NCBI GenBank assembly: GCA_040767085.1
Contig: JAXGPF010000003.1
Coordinates: 1 to 64,000, forward strand
Direction of reading: 5' to 3'
DNA: 64,000 nt
Origin: Kiritimatiellia bacterium
GTDB lineage: Bacteria; Verrucomicrobiota; Kiritimatiellia; JAAZAB01
The notes under the pieces are model-generated. The model had not been told where the DNA came from and did no database searches. It saw nothing but the letters and a program-made list of their open reading frames with translations. Positions 62,520-64,000 of this stretch are shown here, piece after piece. A program made the position numbers and the translations under genes. Position 1 is the stretch's first letter. Each line of letters opens with the position of its first letter.

Positions 62520-64000
62520 GGCTCCTAACCAGAATTTGTGGGTAAAAAACAGGTTTTAAAGTTTAAGAAGTTCTCCAAGCAATGGCGCCAAAAGATGGTG
62601 GAGTTATTAACAGCCTGCCGCTTTGGGCGTTTGGCGGCCCCGCAGCAGCCTGATTAATAACTCCTGATTGGCGCGATGGCGGAACGGAGATAAAGCGGCG
62701 GCAAAAAAATAGGCTGGCCTTTCCGTAATCCATTGCGTATGCAATGGGTGAACACAAAAAAAGGAGGACCAGCCCAAGGTGAAACTTAAAACAATTTTGA
62801 ATCGTTTGCAACCTTTGAAACGTTTTATTTATCAGGAAACTTGTATGGTTTTGGATCGTCGCGGCCAATGGAAAGTGGATATAAGCATTCGTCCGCATCG
62901 CCAACGCGCGGCATGCTGCTCGCGTTGCGGGCGACCGCTGGCGACATACGACACTCTGCCTGAACGGATATGGGCGTTTGTGCCCATTTTGAATGTGCCG
63001 GCTTTTTTGCATTATAGTCCGCGCCGGGTAAATTGCCCCGAACATGGCGTGGTGGTGGAAGCGCTGCCTTGGAGCGATGGCAAACGACCCTACAGCAAGG
63101 CGCTGATGCTTTTTTTGGGGAACTGGGCGCGGAGGTTGTCCTGGAAAGAGACGGCGCTGATTTTCAAAGTCAGTTGGCAGGCGGTTTATCGGTCGGTCGA
63201 GTGGATGGTGGAATGGGGCTTGGCGCACCGGGAATTGGCCAATATAACGGCGATTGGTGTTGATGAACTCCACGTAGGCAACGGTAAAAAGAGCAAGAAC
63301 TATCTGACCTTGATCTATCAGATTGATGCGCAATGCCGCCGATTGCTCTGGGTCGGCCAAACCCGCCGGGCGGCCGCGCTGCGTAAAGGGTTGCAATCTT
63401 TGGGAAAACCCGTGCTGGCCGGCATTCGACATATATGTAGCGATATGTGGCGACCTTATCTGAAAGTCATTGCTGCGAGCCTCAGCCACGGTTGCCACAT
63501 GATTGACCGCTTCCATGTCGTGCAAACCTTGAATGCCGCCGTGGACGAGGTCCGGCGCCGGGATATGGCGGCGATGACAGCGCGTCCGGCGGCCAAGCAA
63601 AAACTCAAGAAAATGCGCTGGACCTTGCTGCGCCGCAAAACCCGCGTGCGCGGCAAAGCTCGCGAAATGCTTGATCGGATATTGGGCACAAGACTGCAAA
63701 CCGGCCGCGCCTATTTGTTCAAGGAAAGCTTTCAGCATTTTTGGAGCTATCACAGCCCAACCTGGGCGCGTAATTATCTCCAGGCATGGGTCAAGCGCGC
63801 CTGTCGTAGCCGCATTGCGCCAATCATTAAGGCGGCTAAAACCATTGCTAAACACGAGGAGCTGCTTTTGAACTGGATCAGAGCCAGAAACGAGGTTTTT
63901 ACTGGCGCAACCGAGGGCTTGAACAATAAAGCTCGAGTGGTTACCAAACGATCTTATGGCTTCAGAACTTTTCATGGCGCGGAAATGGCGCTATATCATA
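62520..64000 (+). mobile_element. ISL3-family insertion sequence (runs off the window end)
   Basis: GGCTCC terminus followed by an ISL3 transposase. Confidence 0.92.
62779..64000 (+). CDS. ISL3-family transposase (3' end outside the window)
   Basis: AGGAGG RBS and GTG start. Manual translation gives CSRCG..PRRVNCPEHG..LPW, IGVDE, CSDMWRPY, IDRFHVV, TEGLNNKARVVTKRSYGFRTF. Confidence 0.95.
   Translation, partial: MKLKTILNRLQPLKRFIYQETCMVLDRRGQWKVDISIRPHRQRAACCSRCGRPLATYDTLPERIWAFVPILNVPAFLHYSPRRVNCPEHGVVVEALPWSDGKRPYSKALMLFLGNWARRLSWKETALIFKVSWQAVYRSVEWMVEWGLAHRELANITAIGVDELHVGNGKKSKNYLTLIYQIDAQCRRLLWVGQTRRAAALRKGLQSLGKPVLAGIRHICSDMWRPYLKVIAASLSHGCHMIDRFHVVQTLNAAVDEVRRRDMAAMTARPAAKQKLKKMRWTLLRRKTRVRGKAREMLDRILGTRLQTGRAYLFKESFQHFWSYHSPTWARNYLQAWVKRACRSRIAPIIKAAKTIAKHEELLLNWIRARNEVFTGATEGLNNKARVVTKRSYGFRTFHGAEMALYH

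Noticed and set aside
62563-63975. 470-aa minus-strand ORF
   Set aside because: Antisense shadow of the ISL3 transposase, which carries the recognisable motifs on the plus strand.

Overview
GC-rich bacterial chromosome segment, probably PVC superphylum (Kiritimatiellota/Lentisphaerota-like). This is inferred only from protein style: beta-helix/Fn3 surface proteins, a TPR-ExbB-ExbD cluster, and HEAT-repeat and glycoside hydrolase genes. Layout: (1) 1-4.4 kb, a large beta-helix/Fn3 surface-protein gene cut at its 5' end by an IS1380-family element. (2) 4.7-9.7 kb, a PAS kinase/NarL-type regulator pair, a lipoprotein amidinotransferase, and a truncated four-helix-bundle/zinc-ribbon gene set among direct and inverted repeats. 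(3) 9.8-37.5 kb, a housekeeping/envelope block: uvrA, LysE, TPR-ExbB-ExbD-TonB-like, a frameshifted sensor kinase, an MlaE/F/D+PqiC ABC system, prmA, and a glycosylation locus with two GT-C-like membrane proteins split by leuB-asd. (4) 37.6-62.2 kb, a co-directional minus-strand catabolic cluster: GH2, GH95-like, GH106-like, a heparinase-TPR-HEAT fusion, amidohydrolases and oxidoreductases. (5) An ISL3 element with an exactly duplicated 276-bp left end, running off the window. The most unusual signals are non-genic: a ~265-bp multi-hairpin element present twice, each copy abutting a stop codon, and several short-period repeat/REP-like inserts, some in-frame inside enzymes. No rRNA, tRNA, CRISPR array or reverse transcriptase was recognised. 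All product calls come from motif reading, not database searches.
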